A stretch of 59,234 nt of DNA, filler included, from Dugesia japonica (lineage: Eukaryota), in the NCBI GenBank assembly GCA_001938525.1. It is 5 parts of 5 records of this genome, joined end to end, with 100 filler letters (N's around TTAATTAATTAA, not from the genome) between each part and the next. Parts side by side here need not be neighbours in the genome. Positions count along the whole stretch, not along the records: positions 35,433 to 47,288 come from MQRL01550874.1; positions 47,389 to 59,234 come from MQRL01633687.1; 3 more parts are not named here. The stretch is one strand, 5' to 3'. Under the pieces are notes generated by a model. That model saw only the letters and a list, made by a program, of their open reading frames with translations. It was not told the DNA's origin and searched no databases. The translations under genes were made by a program, and so were the position numbers. The stretch's first letter is position 1. The number at the start of each line of letters is the position of its first letter. This document shows positions 38,700 through 51,287 of this stretch, in pieces.

Positions 38700-41475
38700 G
38701 ATATGATTCCTTTGAGAGTTATTAACAAGATATATCTAGAAAAGACATCTATTACTCCTAAAATATATCAGTATTCTTTAGATTCTGTTAGGTCCGGTGA
38801 AATCCATGCATATCTTTTCAAATGTCTCATTAGCCACAAAATGTTTCTCAGGAATGTAGTTTGAAATTGTTCTTTTCTTTCGATTTATGCATGGAATGCA
38901 CTTTTCAATAAAGGTTTTTATCTCTTTACTCATATTCTTCCAGTTAAATTAATTCTGAATTAATTCCTTTATCTTTATAAATCCTGGAAGGCCCATGTTG
39001 TTATGATAATATTCCATTATTTCATTTTTTTAAGACGTGAAATCATTTTTTAGAACTCAAATAATTGACTTCTCATCATTTTCTTTCTCTATCAGTTTCA
39101 CATTTCTTCGGTTTTTTTGGTTCATTATGTCTGAGTTTACATTGTTCACATTCCGGTCAGCTCATAGTTTGCGTTTATGTGTAATTTGCCAGGTCGGTGT
39201 TCAATATCAAAATGATATTCCTCTAATTCTGTAATCCATGTAAAATACTGTGATGTATTTAGATTTTCCAACTTTTTAGCCACAATAATGCTTTATGATC
39301 AGTTCTTAATTTGAAACTTCTCCCCAATAAATAATGCCTAAATTATTTCGCAAAAATGTAGACAGCTAATAATTCCTTACGAGTAACACAATATTTCAAT
39401 TCTGAATTTGTCAGCTTCTTCGACGTATATGCGATAACTTTTTCATCTCCATTTTGAACTTGGCTTAAGATTCCTCCAATATGACTGTGCATCTGTATCT
39501 AATATGAACATACCTTCTTTCAGAGGATAAGCTAGAACCGGAGCTTTTGTTAGAAGTTCCTATATCTTTTTAAATGCTTCTTTTCCTTCAGCATCTCAAA
39601 TTATTGGTTTTTTGCTGTATTTCCAATTTTTTTTGTCTTGTTTCAGTATAGTTTCTAAAGGTTGAACGACATACGCGAAATCTTTTATAAATTTTCTATA
39701 ATAGTTACATAAAGCTATAAATAAATGTAGATCTGAGTAAAAACCTAGTTCTGACTAATTTCGAACTTTTCCATCTTTATTGGATATGTTTTTATACCTT
39801 TTGCCGTTATTCTATGTCCCACATATGAAACTTCCTTAAGGAAAAATACTTCATTTTTCAGGTTTTAATTTAACTCCCGATTCTTCTATTCTAGCTAAAC
39901 TACTTCCAATCGACTGAGATGTTGTTCATACGAGTTTCCAAATATAAAAAACATCGTCCAGATAAATAAGACATTGTTCACAATTTTTATTTTGGAATAT
40001 CATATGCATAAGTCGTTGAAATTTGGCTGGGGCTGATTTCAGGCCAAATGGCATTCTATTAAATTTATACTGTCATCTCCTAGTAAAGAAAGCTGTTTTT
40101 TGTTTATCCGCCTCATTTATTTCGACATTATAATATCCATTAGATAAATCTAAAACGCTAAATATCTTTGCTCCACCCAGTGCATCGAAAAGCTGAGAAG
40201 TTTCTGGAATTGGTTATATTGGTCTGATTGTGACTAGGTTTAACAGTATAGGTTTAATAGTATCGAAACTCGCATCTGCGTCCAAAATAAATCCTCTATT
40301 TATATCTGGAAAACATAATATTGAAGACATCATTAGTGCTTCTTTCCTTCCATTCAAAACTTCTTCTAATTACTTCGCCCATTTAATTTTCTTGTTACTT
40401 GGCCCACTACACAGTTGTTCCAGCAATCTAGCTTTTTTTGAATAATCTGTATCTGTCTTCCAAATTTTGACTCTTTTATATCTTCTACTTTCTCCAATTT
40501 TCGCATGATAATCTCTTCTTCTGATTTTTTACTATTTGCACTAATTATTAGCATTTTTGATAAGAATTTTTCTTTCGTCAACTCTTTATTTGCTAAAGAT
40601 TTATCGACTAAATCTTCCACTTTTTAAAATACACCTCAAGTTATTCATCACCACGTTGATAGCTTACAAAATTCTGTAAATCTTTCATTATGTCTCTCTT
40701 GCTCTCAAAAGCTAATCGCAATCTCTCTCGATATCTATCAGCTTTCTTCAATGTCTTCACATATGCTTCCATTAAATCTTCATGAAGCATACATGTCCCC
40801 AACGTTCCTGATCTTTCTTAACAACGATGTTTTTTGCCTCTCTAGATAACTTCTCTAGATAATCGCCTCTGCAAAATATTTTGGGCAACAATCTTTCTGT
40901 GATTGCATCGGTGTCTACCACACTGTTAGTTGGGTTTTGAAAACTCATCGAATCATTAACATCAGTATCAAATTCATTACAACGATTTATTAATATAACA
41001 ACCTATATCCAACAATTTTTGTTAGTCAAACAAATTAAAATCCCGTGTTTTAATTGGTGATCTTTTTTCTAAAATTTAAAATTGAAACTTTTTATTCATT
41101 AAAAATAATTTAATTTAATTCACCTAAAAACATTTTATTTATTTACTTAATTTTCATTTAAAATTTACGAGAAAATTTTCACTCACTTTAAAAATTTTAT
41201 TTATTAAAATTAATTTAAATTAATTCCTTAAAAACATTTTATTCATCTACTTAATTTTCATTTAAAATTTACGTCAAAATTTTTACTCACTTTTAAAACT
41301 TTATTTATTAAAATTAATTTAATTTAATAAAATAATTTTAATTTATCCTTAAACAAAATATTTGTTTATTTAAATTTTTCATCAATAATTTAAATCACTC
41401 TTTTAAAGAAAAGATTTTAAAAATAAGATCACCAATCACACAAAAATTTCAACTTGCTTTTCAAAACCCCTCACA
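38700..41475 (-). mobile_element. Gypsy LTR retrotransposon: LTR-like repeat, gag, RT, RNase H, start of integrase; decayed
   Basis: GAKIFSVLDLSNGYYNV..KTAF..FNRMPFGLKSAPAKFQRLM..IYLDDVFIFG; APVLAYP..FILDTDA..VIAYTSKKLTNSELKYCVTRKELLAV..RTDHKAL. Confidence 0.92.
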
Positions 41476-42689
41476 CTGAGTTACTGTATAATCCATTCAT
41501 TACAGATAAAGCTAGAGAAAGTTTATTTAGAATATCGTTGGATGATTCAAAAAATTATGGTATTATCGAAAATGCCAAATTAAGTAGATCCAATCTAAAT
41601 CCATAAGAATAACGAAAATCGTTTCGATCGTTGCTAAATCTTGAATCAGAAAATTATATTAAACGGTTACATCGATGAAAATAAGAGTTAGCAAAATTGT
41701 TTCAATGTAGAAATGCAAAAAATATTGAAGCAGTTAAAGACGCTATATTGTAAGAATAATTTCGAACAAAAATGTTTCTGTTTTAAAAAATAAAATTGAA
41801 GAAATACAACAGCAAAATATTGAAAAAATGGCAAATGTCACAAATAGATTTGATGCAGCTAAAAGATATTAAAAGATAATCAAACAAATACAATTAATTA
41901 ACTTTTTAACCAATTAACTAATTAATTGTTATACGTGAATAATTCACGGACATTTGGTAATTTATTGCACTAAATCAATAGTAAATGTGACTATTTTACC
42001 CACGACCTATGTTGCGGATTAATAAATATTCAATTATCATGTTAAAATGTTTCGAAATGTAGATATGGCAAAAATAAACTAATGAACAACTAATAAAATA
42101 TACTAATTAAATTAAACAACTTTCATTAAGAGTTTACATGATATATAGTTGAATAGCTTAGTCGGATGACAAATATAATATAAACATTCAGTTAATCTTG
42201 ACCATAACATACTAGAAAACATCAAACAAAGAAGTAATAAGTACAAATAGTTGAATAATCAATTGAGTCTTCCAAAAGCCATTAGATATATTAGTGGAAT
42301 ACTCTATTATATCTTTTCATTAAATCTTTGGAAAAAGAAAGATATTCTTTATACTACGATTATTGTAATTCAAAAGAAAGCCTTTACAACAAATCTCTAA
42401 AGTTCAAGAGAAATCCAGGAATAAAAGCTACTATTATACTATTTAAAATCGGAAATAGATCATTTTATAGGCCGGAAAAAATCAAAATGTCATTCAATAA
42501 CTGTACTTCTTACAATCCTTTTATTAATACACCTACGAGTTTTCTAAAAATATTTTAAAAACTTAAACTACAAAAAGAATATTTAATGCTATTATTTGGG
42601 TTCCACCTGAGTTGAGATGAGAAAAATGTCTGCTGGGGAAAAATCAGCCCTCGGGGAACCCTTTCAAGAATTTACCTAATGTCCCTAAT

Positions 42690-43199
42690 TAGGTCTTCGA
42701 TATAGAGTGGTTGACTTCCAGCACGTATTTGAAGTGGACACTTGTATACCTTTATTTTCGGGTTCTCCATTTTCCCTATATTTTAATTTAAACAACAAAT
42801 TAACAATAAAGTATCATGAAGATTCATTCCTTTTAAATTACATGAAATTGAGAGAACACGGATCTAACCACTGGGTTGACTCCCCAGACGTGAAACCAAA
42901 AGCGGCTTCATCATCTTCGCTATTCCAGCGAGTTCACGTCTCTTATTCAAGTCGATTAGACAGGTCAGCAATGTATTGCTGTGAAAAGTCTATCTTATGA
43001 CGAATGACTTGTTTTGCCTGTTCAGTCAACTCGCTTTGCTTTTTTACTATGACGTCTAGTTTTTGAATCAACCGGTTTCTTTGGGTGAAGTGCATCAAAA
43101 GAGCTCGTTCATTTTGACGCTTGATGCGTCATTCGAGTAATAATTTTTGTATAAGCCTACGGCACCTGTGGAGACTGTTTGGTATCTGTATCCTGGGTA
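42690..43199 (-). pseudogene. Cassette B homologue
   Basis: PRIQIPNSLHRCRRLIQKL...ERALLMHFTQRNRLIQKLDVIVKKQSEL...YIADLS...QWLDPCSL; donor AT|GTAATTT at the same position as in copy 1. Confidence 0.7.
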
Positions 43200-43367
43200 C
43201 TAAAAAATAATCATTAATTAATAAATAGAGGGTTACAAACAGATTTAATCAAATACAAAATTTAATTAGTGTAAATTAAACAATTAAGATGAAAAAATAA
43301 ATCATGTTGCTACGGAAGAAGACTTTTATTTATAAACACAAAACAAAAGAAATTTACAACGTTACGG

Positions 43368-43720
43368 TCACGAGGTTTGTGTACCCTTATTCCTCATTAA
43401 TGACTGCAATGGCATAGCTTTTCTGAGTGTTAAGATGTCCTCAACCAGTTTATTCTCTCAGTCATCGAGGAACCGGATAATTTCCGCAAAGGATTATATT
43501 TGATGTTTCCAGAGTCTCTCTTGAGCATGAGAGGCCTTTGCATACTTTTTTAATGCGATGCATTTATTTTTGTACCGCTTAACTTTACTTTCTGCAGCAG
43601 TGGTGTCAGCTTCCCATTGACGCTTAGCTGATTTGTAAACATCCCACGTCATAGAGATATCCTCACTGCTTTCTCTTACCTTTTTGGTTGGTGCCGTAGA
43701 GCGATTTAAAGAGGAATGCA
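43368..43720 (-). pseudogene. Cassette A homologue ending KGTQTS*
   Basis: (M)HSSLNRSTAPTKKVRESSED..MTWDVYKSAKRQWE..KCIALKK..SFAEIIR..ENKLVEDIL..NKGTQTS*; acceptor TTAG|TG. Confidence 0.7.
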
Positions 43721-45623
43721 CTAATAAAAAAGAAAATATAACTGAAAATAACCTTTATTAAATAAGGTTAATAATAGATAACACTTCCTTAATGACTCTT
43801 TTTCAAATGACTAAGACGGGGTGTCACAAACAACTCAGTTAACTTAATTAACATTTGAAAGCTAAAGAAAAATTAAAATCCATTAAAGATAAACGAGGTT
43901 TATTTACATCAAATAATTAATTAACCAAAACACATTACTTACTAATAAGATTAACAAGATTTCTGCAACGGGAATATAATCAAAATCTGCTTTTCTTTCT
44001 TTCTCTATTTCGGAAAATGAGTCCTGTATATAGGCTTGTTTAACTGCTTAGTTGGAAATTGAACACTTCGGCTAGATATTTTAAGGATAGTCCGAATACC
44101 AATGGGATAAATTACGTAAAGTTGAATTGCTTCTTGTCCTTTCTTTTCCAAACTCGATTAACACTAATTCTAATTAGAAAATTGTTTACCCTAGTTTTCT
44201 TTTCTTTGACAGATACTTTGATAGTTTTGGTTGATATTTCAGTTGTTAAGAAATAATGAATTTTTAACACTAAGATAGTTAAAATTATTAAAAATTGTTG
44301 CGTTTTTTCGTCTAAAATTTGAGGGCATTATATATGATTTTCTTCGCACTCCGACTCTTTCTGCATTGACCGTCTATTTCTGTTTCAAATTTCTTGTTTC
44401 TGATTGGGGTTTTCTCTAAAATTCTAAACATTTTGACAATTTTCTGCTACATTATTGGTGCCTATTTTTGGAGCACCTTGTGATTTTTATGTTTTNGTTT
44501 CATGTTTCTTTTCTGGTTTCTTATTGGACTATTCTTCTAAACCTTTTTAGAGGTCCTTCTGATATTGATATGATATTCTGGTTGGAAAATTCTATTGCCC
44601 TATAGCTTTCTCCTTCCAGTTTTTCTTACTAGGACCTTTTATGATCTTCCAGAGCAAAGATATCTTACAAAAACTGATTTTTCGTCAATTATTCTTCCTT
44701 TTTGCAATAAATTAATTAATTTTTCTTTGTTAATTAATTATTATTTTACTGATCATTTTTCTTGTTTCTAATTAATAATTATAATTTTCTTTAATAATTA
44801 ACATTGATGAACGTTAATAATACGTCCATTTAATGTTTTACTTCTTCATTTTCCTTTTTTATTCCGATTTATTAGTATGATAGTGATGGTTATACTAAAC
44901 AATAACTATTCTTAATTAGCCCCCTTTTTAAGTTCATTATATCTGATGTGGGTCCTTGGTTTTAATTTTTCTTTAAAAGTCGGGTGGTTCACCCCAACAT
45001 TATGATTGGAATGAGTAGATGAATTACCAATATGTTCATATGGCCAGTGATAGACCGAATGGTGTAGCTAGAGGGCGAAGAGGGTCTATTATTTCCCGGG
45101 CGCCACTCGCAAAGGGGCACCAAATCGTCCCAAAGACAAACAAGATTTTCTAATTTAATGATCTTTTTTAGCAAGGTGTCTGCAACCGATAAAGTTTGAG
45201 TACCACTAATATATATTATATTACTATAAGTTTGTCGAATTTTGGGAGGACATCGGTTATTTCCGCTACGCCACTGGACTGACACAAAAAGAAAATGAGT
45301 CACGAAGGTCTATTGACCAGTACCTTCAAAATATAGAGTTTTACGTAGTTAATGGCTTAAAAATTTTGACCGTTGAGTAACACGTGTGAATGATGACAGT
45401 TACAAAAATGTTTCTATGAAGACCTATAGCAGTGCATAATCAAAACAATCAACAAATAGAGGTTATAAAAAATTGTATTTTATAAAAGACATNNNNNNNN
45501 NNNNNNNNNNNNNNNNNNNNNNNNNNNNNNNNNNNNNNNNNNNNNNNNNNNNNNNNNNNNNNNNNNNNNNNNNNNNNNNNNNNNNNNNNNNNNNNNNNNN
45601 NNNNNNNNNNNNNNNNNNNNNNN

Positions 45624-47052
45624 AAGTTTGGTTCGACGGTATACTATCATAAATAATTTTCGATTCCAGCTGTGTCATTTCCATAAAAACTTCAATTAAA
45701 ATCAAAGTGAAATGTTTACTAAAACTACTAGCTAGACTTTCTAATTTATTCAATAAATTGTCGGTTTTCAATTCTTCAAAAGAATCATTTCTTAAATAAA
45801 TAAGAAATCTCATTTCTCTTTCGGTTTTTTGGTGGATAATAAATTGTTTCCGAATAGTTTTACAAAATGTTGAATAAGATAAATCCAATAATTTATCCGA
45901 ATTCAATTCTTGAATACCTGAAAAATTCTGTTGGGAAATTGTAAAACAATTCCTAATTGACAACACCAAATTTTCTATCACTCGTAAAAATTGATCATAA
46001 ATATAGAATTTAGAATTTTCAAAAATCGATTTCATTGGTAAATTATTATCATTACTGGAAATATAATCAATATTTTTCAAATCGAATTTCTTTATACAAA
46101 CACAACATAGATTGGCATCGTATTTTCCTGAATTTAGTTCAACAAGAATTTTATTCTTTCTATTACAAACAAAACATTGTTTCATGTCGATTTTAAACGA
46201 TTCAAATGGATTAAAATCGATATTTATTGTCGGTATCTTTAAAATCAATCCCTTCACAAGTTTGATGTAATTAAATAGATTATGTCGTACATGTATCATG
46301 AAGTCAACTTCTTCATAAACTAAACGAGCAAAATATTTGTTAAAAATATCGGAATTATTGAGCAGATGAGTTTCTGTAGAATGGAAATAAACTTTTAAGG
46401 AATTAAAAATATTGTTTAATGATTTCAGAGTTTTGTAGCAAAGAATTATTCTCTGAATTTCTTTACAATACTCATCAAAAATGCAATAATCATTTAAATG
46501 CCGGCCCAATTTCGAATTTAATTTTTCATATTTATTATTTAACTCATTAATGGAAATTATTGATTGATCTGAATCATTGATATCAAAATTAAATTGACTT
46601 GCTAACAATCTGTGTTTTGATGAAAATTTTGATAAATCATTATCCGAATAAAGTAAACTTTGAAAAACATTGTCTGGGAATTTATTATTGTGCTTTTTTA
46701 TCAATTTTAATAAATCATCGAAATTCTCATAAAAACATATATATAATTTCAATTGTTCAATTATTTTCACCAAATTTTCTCGTATTACAAGTTTTCTATC
46801 TTTTATTAAAATTTCAATCAATAAATTTTTAATTGGTTGGTTATCTAAAGACTTTTCATAATTACTATTAGTAATATCGATTATTTCTTGACGATCTAAT
46901 GGACAACATGGATTTTCAATTATCCATCTATCAATGCATAAACTACAGAATTTATGATAACACGGATAAAGAATAACAGTTTCATTTTCACAAAGTTTTT
47001 GATAACAAATTGGACATTCTTCATACTGTAATTTTGTTTCAGTTGCGATCAT
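45624..47052 (-). CDS. Large intronless RING-finger protein (putative E3 ligase), 3' end in gap
   Basis: N-terminal CPIC...PCYHKFCSLCIDRW....CCPLDR RING; about 476 open codons; second degenerate CFVC...LCCVC motif mid-protein. Confidence 0.8.
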
Positions 47053-47288
47053 GTTTAATAATTATAATTTTTTTTACCTTATTGATTAAGATTTAAATTA
47101 AATTCCATTTTTCTTGAATTCTATTGGATAGAATTAATAAAAAATCGAAATTTCTAATAATTAATTCAATAATTTCACTGACAAATTGCTATTGAATATT
47201 GATTTTCTTTAAAATATTACAAGTTTAAAGTTATATCATAAATTTTAATTTTTAAATCCAAAATTAACCAAATTTTTATTTTTGTAAA

Positions 47289-47388
47289 NNNNNNNNNNNN
47301 NNNNNNNNNNNNNNNNNNNNNNNNNNNNNNNNTTAATTAATTAANNNNNNNNNNNNNNNNNNNNNNNNNNNNNNNNNNNNNNNNNNNN
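47289..47388. other. Artificial contig linker
   Basis: N44-TTAATTAATTAA-N44. Confidence 0.97.
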
Positions 47389-47469
47389 TCAAAATAAAAA
47401 ATTTTTAAAAAAAATAAATAAATAAATATAAAAAAAAAATTTGAAACATTAAAAAATTTATAGAGTAAG

Positions 47470-47796
47470 TCTGCGCTGGGAATTTAATTATGAAGTCTGC
47501 CTTGACGATAGTTGCTATGAATATTACCTTGACCTACATTTANTCGACCTTGAAATATAACACCAATTACAATCGAGTATACTGTACCACTGACCTTAAA
47601 AATTTCAACCAGTCAGAATCGAGGATTGTGAACCACTTTAACTTGAAAAATTTTTCCACCAATCACAATCAAGTATACATAAACACTTTGACTTTGAAAA
47701 AATTTTCCATCAATTAGAATCAAGTATGCATAAACACTTTGACCTTGAAAAAATTTGACCTGGGGGGGTATTTATGTGCGCCAGGATCTATCTACT
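47470..47796. repeat. Polinton-like terminus with about 48-bp subterminal repeats
   Basis: Repeated TTGAC(C/T)TTGAAAAA..CCA(C/T)CAAT..AATCAAGTAT units, a G-run, then ATCTATCTACT (AGTAGATAGAT inward). Confidence 0.5.
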
Positions 47797-48509
47797 AGCA
47801 TGAATTTATTCCATAAATCAGTAATAGTATTGTAATTCTTTGAACAAAAAATTATTTCAATCATTATTTAAATTTTCCGACGGCCATTTAGAGATGTTTA
47901 AGCAATATATGCAACAAATTGAAATTATATATTAATGTCGGTTAAATTTATGTTTGCTTATAAATAGTAATTACTATTTTAATTTACTATTTTAATTTTA
48001 ATTTTTATATTACTATTTAATTTATAGAAATGTAAATAGTAATTACTCTTTTCTCTTTATCCAGTTAATATTTATTTAAAACATTGAATTCTGAAATGTT
48101 TGTTATAGCATTAATTTCTGAATTTATCTAAACAAAATAGTATTGTTCGGTTTGAAATAAGATAAAAATGATTAAAATCACATGAATCAAAATCCTTTGT
48201 GCGAAAGCAGCATATGGAAAATGATAGTCATCAGTCCCAATTGTTAAACAAATTTTTAAAATAACTTATTTTAATAAACATTAAAATGGAAAATATAATA
48301 ATAATAATAATAATNNNNNNNNNNNNNNNNNNNNNNNNNNNNNNNNNNNNNNNNNNNNNNNNNNNNNNNNNNNNNNNNNNNNNNNNNNNNNNNNNNNNNN
48401 NNNNNNNNNNNNNNNNNNNNNNNNNNNNNNNNNNNNNNNNNNNNNNNNNNNNNNNNNNNNNNNNNNNNNNNNNNNNNNNNNNNNNNNNNNNNNNNNNNNN
48501 NNNNNNNNN

Positions 48510-48719
48510 GAATTCATTTAATATAAAAGCTTTGATCAAAATTTTGGTTTTCTTTATTGATATTGGATAACAATTCGATATTTTGACCTTATCTTCGTCA
48601 GGAATTGACTTTAAAAAAAAGTCAATTCCTGACGATAACAAGGTCGAAATATCGAATTGTTATCCAATATCAATGAAAAAACCAAAATTTTTATCAAAGC
48701 TTTTATATTAAATGAATTC
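48510..48719. repeat. 210-bp near-perfect palindrome flanked by (AAT)n
   Basis: GAATTCATTTAATATAAAAGCTTTGAT...CGTCAGGAATTGACTTT / AAAGTCAATTCCTGACG...ATCAAAGCTTTTATATTAAATGAATTC. Confidence 0.9.
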
Positions 48720-49142
48720 AATAATAATAATATTTGAATTTTAGGCTTTAATCATCAGTCCTTGATTTTACTGCTGATTCTCACACTCATGATTTACTAC
48801 CTTTTCATTACTCATCTAGAGGCATACCGGAAATCTACATGCGTCTGTGACACCTCTGTGTCATGCCCCTCCTGCCCAGGATCAGCGCGATTTTGTGGTA
48901 TCGTGTCTCATTTTTATGATCGATGTTGGTAAATAGCAGTAAGAGCTTTGCTTAGTATAATTCTCCTAATTATTTCAAATTTTAATATGATATCACTTAA
49001 CTAAAAAAAATTCCCTTCGCTTTAAAAGTATTTTACTTTAATAGCCACTTTACCACTAAGATTTATTATCACGACTTTAATTATCCAAATCTACTGAATC
49101 TTCTTTCACTTCTGGAATTTATTTTGGTTGTTGGTAATTCAA

Positions 49143-49396
49143 TCATACTCTTCGAATATGGACGAACACCGCGGTCTCGTTATCGGTGTAGATTTTGATG
49201 ACGTCGGCCATCAATCTATTGGCCTGCTGCAGGGCCAGCTCTTTTTCTTTTAGCTGCAGCCGCTTTGCTGCAGATTTTTTAAGCTGAGACTTTAATTTGA
49301 GCACCTCTTTCTGCAATTCTTTTCTGTTCTCCTTCCATCTCTTTTGCATTTAAATAACATCTTTTTTCACTACTTTCTCCTCGTTTGGTTTACTCA
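49143..49396 (-). pseudogene. Coiled-coil cassette starting AG|TG (possible distant cassette-A relative)
   Basis: TTTAG|TG AGT AAA... is in frame with MQKRWKENRKELQKEVLKLKSQL...MADVIKIY (one stop). Confidence 0.5.
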
Positions 49397-49849
49397 CTAA
49401 ATTACTAATATTAAACATGAATACAATTTAGTTATATCAAGATAATTTAAGTCCTTCAGAAAAGTTCAGTGTTTATAATCAAAATAATTCATATTTAAAT
49501 TTGGAAATTGACAGTTTACATAATTATGATTCTTATTTGTGCTCGTAAATTTTCTTATTCATTTCTGCCTCTGGAATTTTTAACCAAAGAAAAATAAAAC
49601 TGTTGACAACCAAAATCGGTCTTTACTGTGACGTAGATATCACGATTTAAAAAAATGGAAATTAAAACATAAATTGAAACTTTATATTATTAATAGTCAA
49701 AGATGATTTATTTGATGGCCCATTAATTCCCGGGGAATTCCTCTTCTTGCTCTCGTTGTTCAGTTAATTCATACTATAAGGTAAATAAACGCCAAAGAAA
49801 AGTAGTCAAGAATCAGAGAACAGAAGACGTGAATGGATAAAACGGAAGT

Positions 49850-50012
49850 CATATAAACCCCCAGAATTTTAGTAAATTTTAGACTTAAAAAATTGCTCAA
49901 TTAATTATAGCGCAAAGATTTTGGAAGAAAATTTGTAAAACCACGTATAAATAATTCAGACTTTCGATTTCTAATTATTAAAACCCGTTGCAGATTTTTG
50001 GAAAATTAACAA
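49850..50012 (+). promoter_or_regulatory. Third TATA plus ATG-free leader copy
   Basis: CATATAAACCCCC, then no ATG, then CCCGTTGCAG 19 nt before A|GTATG. Confidence 0.5.
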
Positions 50013-51287
50013 GTATGCATTATGACGTTATGTTATATTTATTATGGGCATAATAGTGCTGATAGTAAATTTTATTTTAAAATATACCCGTTGATTTGAT
50101 AATTTTTCGTTTTATATTATGATGTGAAAAATTTACAAAATAGGTGAATAAATGTAACATCGTGGAAAAGTGAAATTTTTATTTAATGCCTCACACTTTG
50201 CCTCAATAATTTATGATATATCCAGCTAATGATGTNNNNNNNNNNNNNNNNNNNNNNNNNNNNNNNNNNNNNNNNNNNNNNNNNNAAATTTCCGCACATT
50301 AAAATTTAATGTCTCAATTCTACCCATAAATAACAGAAAATTCTGGGTTCTAATGCCATTACGCAATAAGTAAAATTGTCCTGCCCTAAATCATTTTATT
50401 TAGAATCTAAATTTTCAAAAATAAAAATATTCTAAATGAAATTGTTTTTTGTTTTTCCGTTATCATTAATAAGGAGTAAAATTTTTATTGTTTATAAATA
50501 AGAATTCAATTATTCAGCATTAATTAAATATAAATTTATTTTATTCTTAGAATTTTCATAAATGTTACTGATATAATTAGTTCCAATTTTATTAGAATTT
50601 AAGCAAAAAAAATTAAGAAATTTCAATTTAAAATCTTTTTTTCATTTAAAATTTTTGAAGACAAAAAATTTGCCGCGGGCAGTTTTCGTCAAATTGAAAA
50701 AAAATGTCCCAAAATTAAAATAGATAATTATATGAATATGTTAAATAATATTTTTTTATCTTTCAACATTTAAACAGGTCTATTTGATCACGACTAGTTG
50801 AAATTGAAAATTAATTGTTTAATTTATTGAGTTTTACTGTAGTTTTTTTTTATTCCTTTCTGATGTCATAATGAATTTTCGGCTTCAAAAGTTTTTATAA
50901 TAATTATGGTTTTTATTTTTGAATAAATTATTAATTAATTTTCTTGTAAAAATAAATAAAATGATTTAATTGAAATTTATGAATGTAACAATCGAATATT
51001 TGAATTATTAGATATAAGTGTGTAGATAAATGTTTCCTAAATGATATGTATCGTGAGAAATTTGCAAGTGGTACGCGAAATTAAAGAAAAACGTTAAAAA
51101 ATATTGATGGTTTTGAACTCTGAAATTTTCTCTTGCAAATATATTTTATATAATATAACATAATTGTAGTCAACCACGACAAGAGTTTTATTAAAATAAT
51201 TTATGAAAGGATTTTTCATGTGTCGTAATAGAAAAACGTTTTGTAAACGTATAGATTATGAAAGTAAGTAGGTGCATTAGTTAATAT

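Larger units (their letters stand above)
42596..44997 (-). mobile_element. Unclassified multi-cassette unit, copy 2 (promoter, leader, cassettes A and B only)
   Basis: Homologous to 1515-2400 and 5150-6240. CCAAT boxes at 44403, 44454 and 44523; TATATAA at about 44328-44334; leader ends A|GTAAGT at 43943. Confidence 0.7.

Noticed and set aside
41480-42560. Possible further gag/RT relics on the plus strand
   Set aside because: No intact diagnostic motif.
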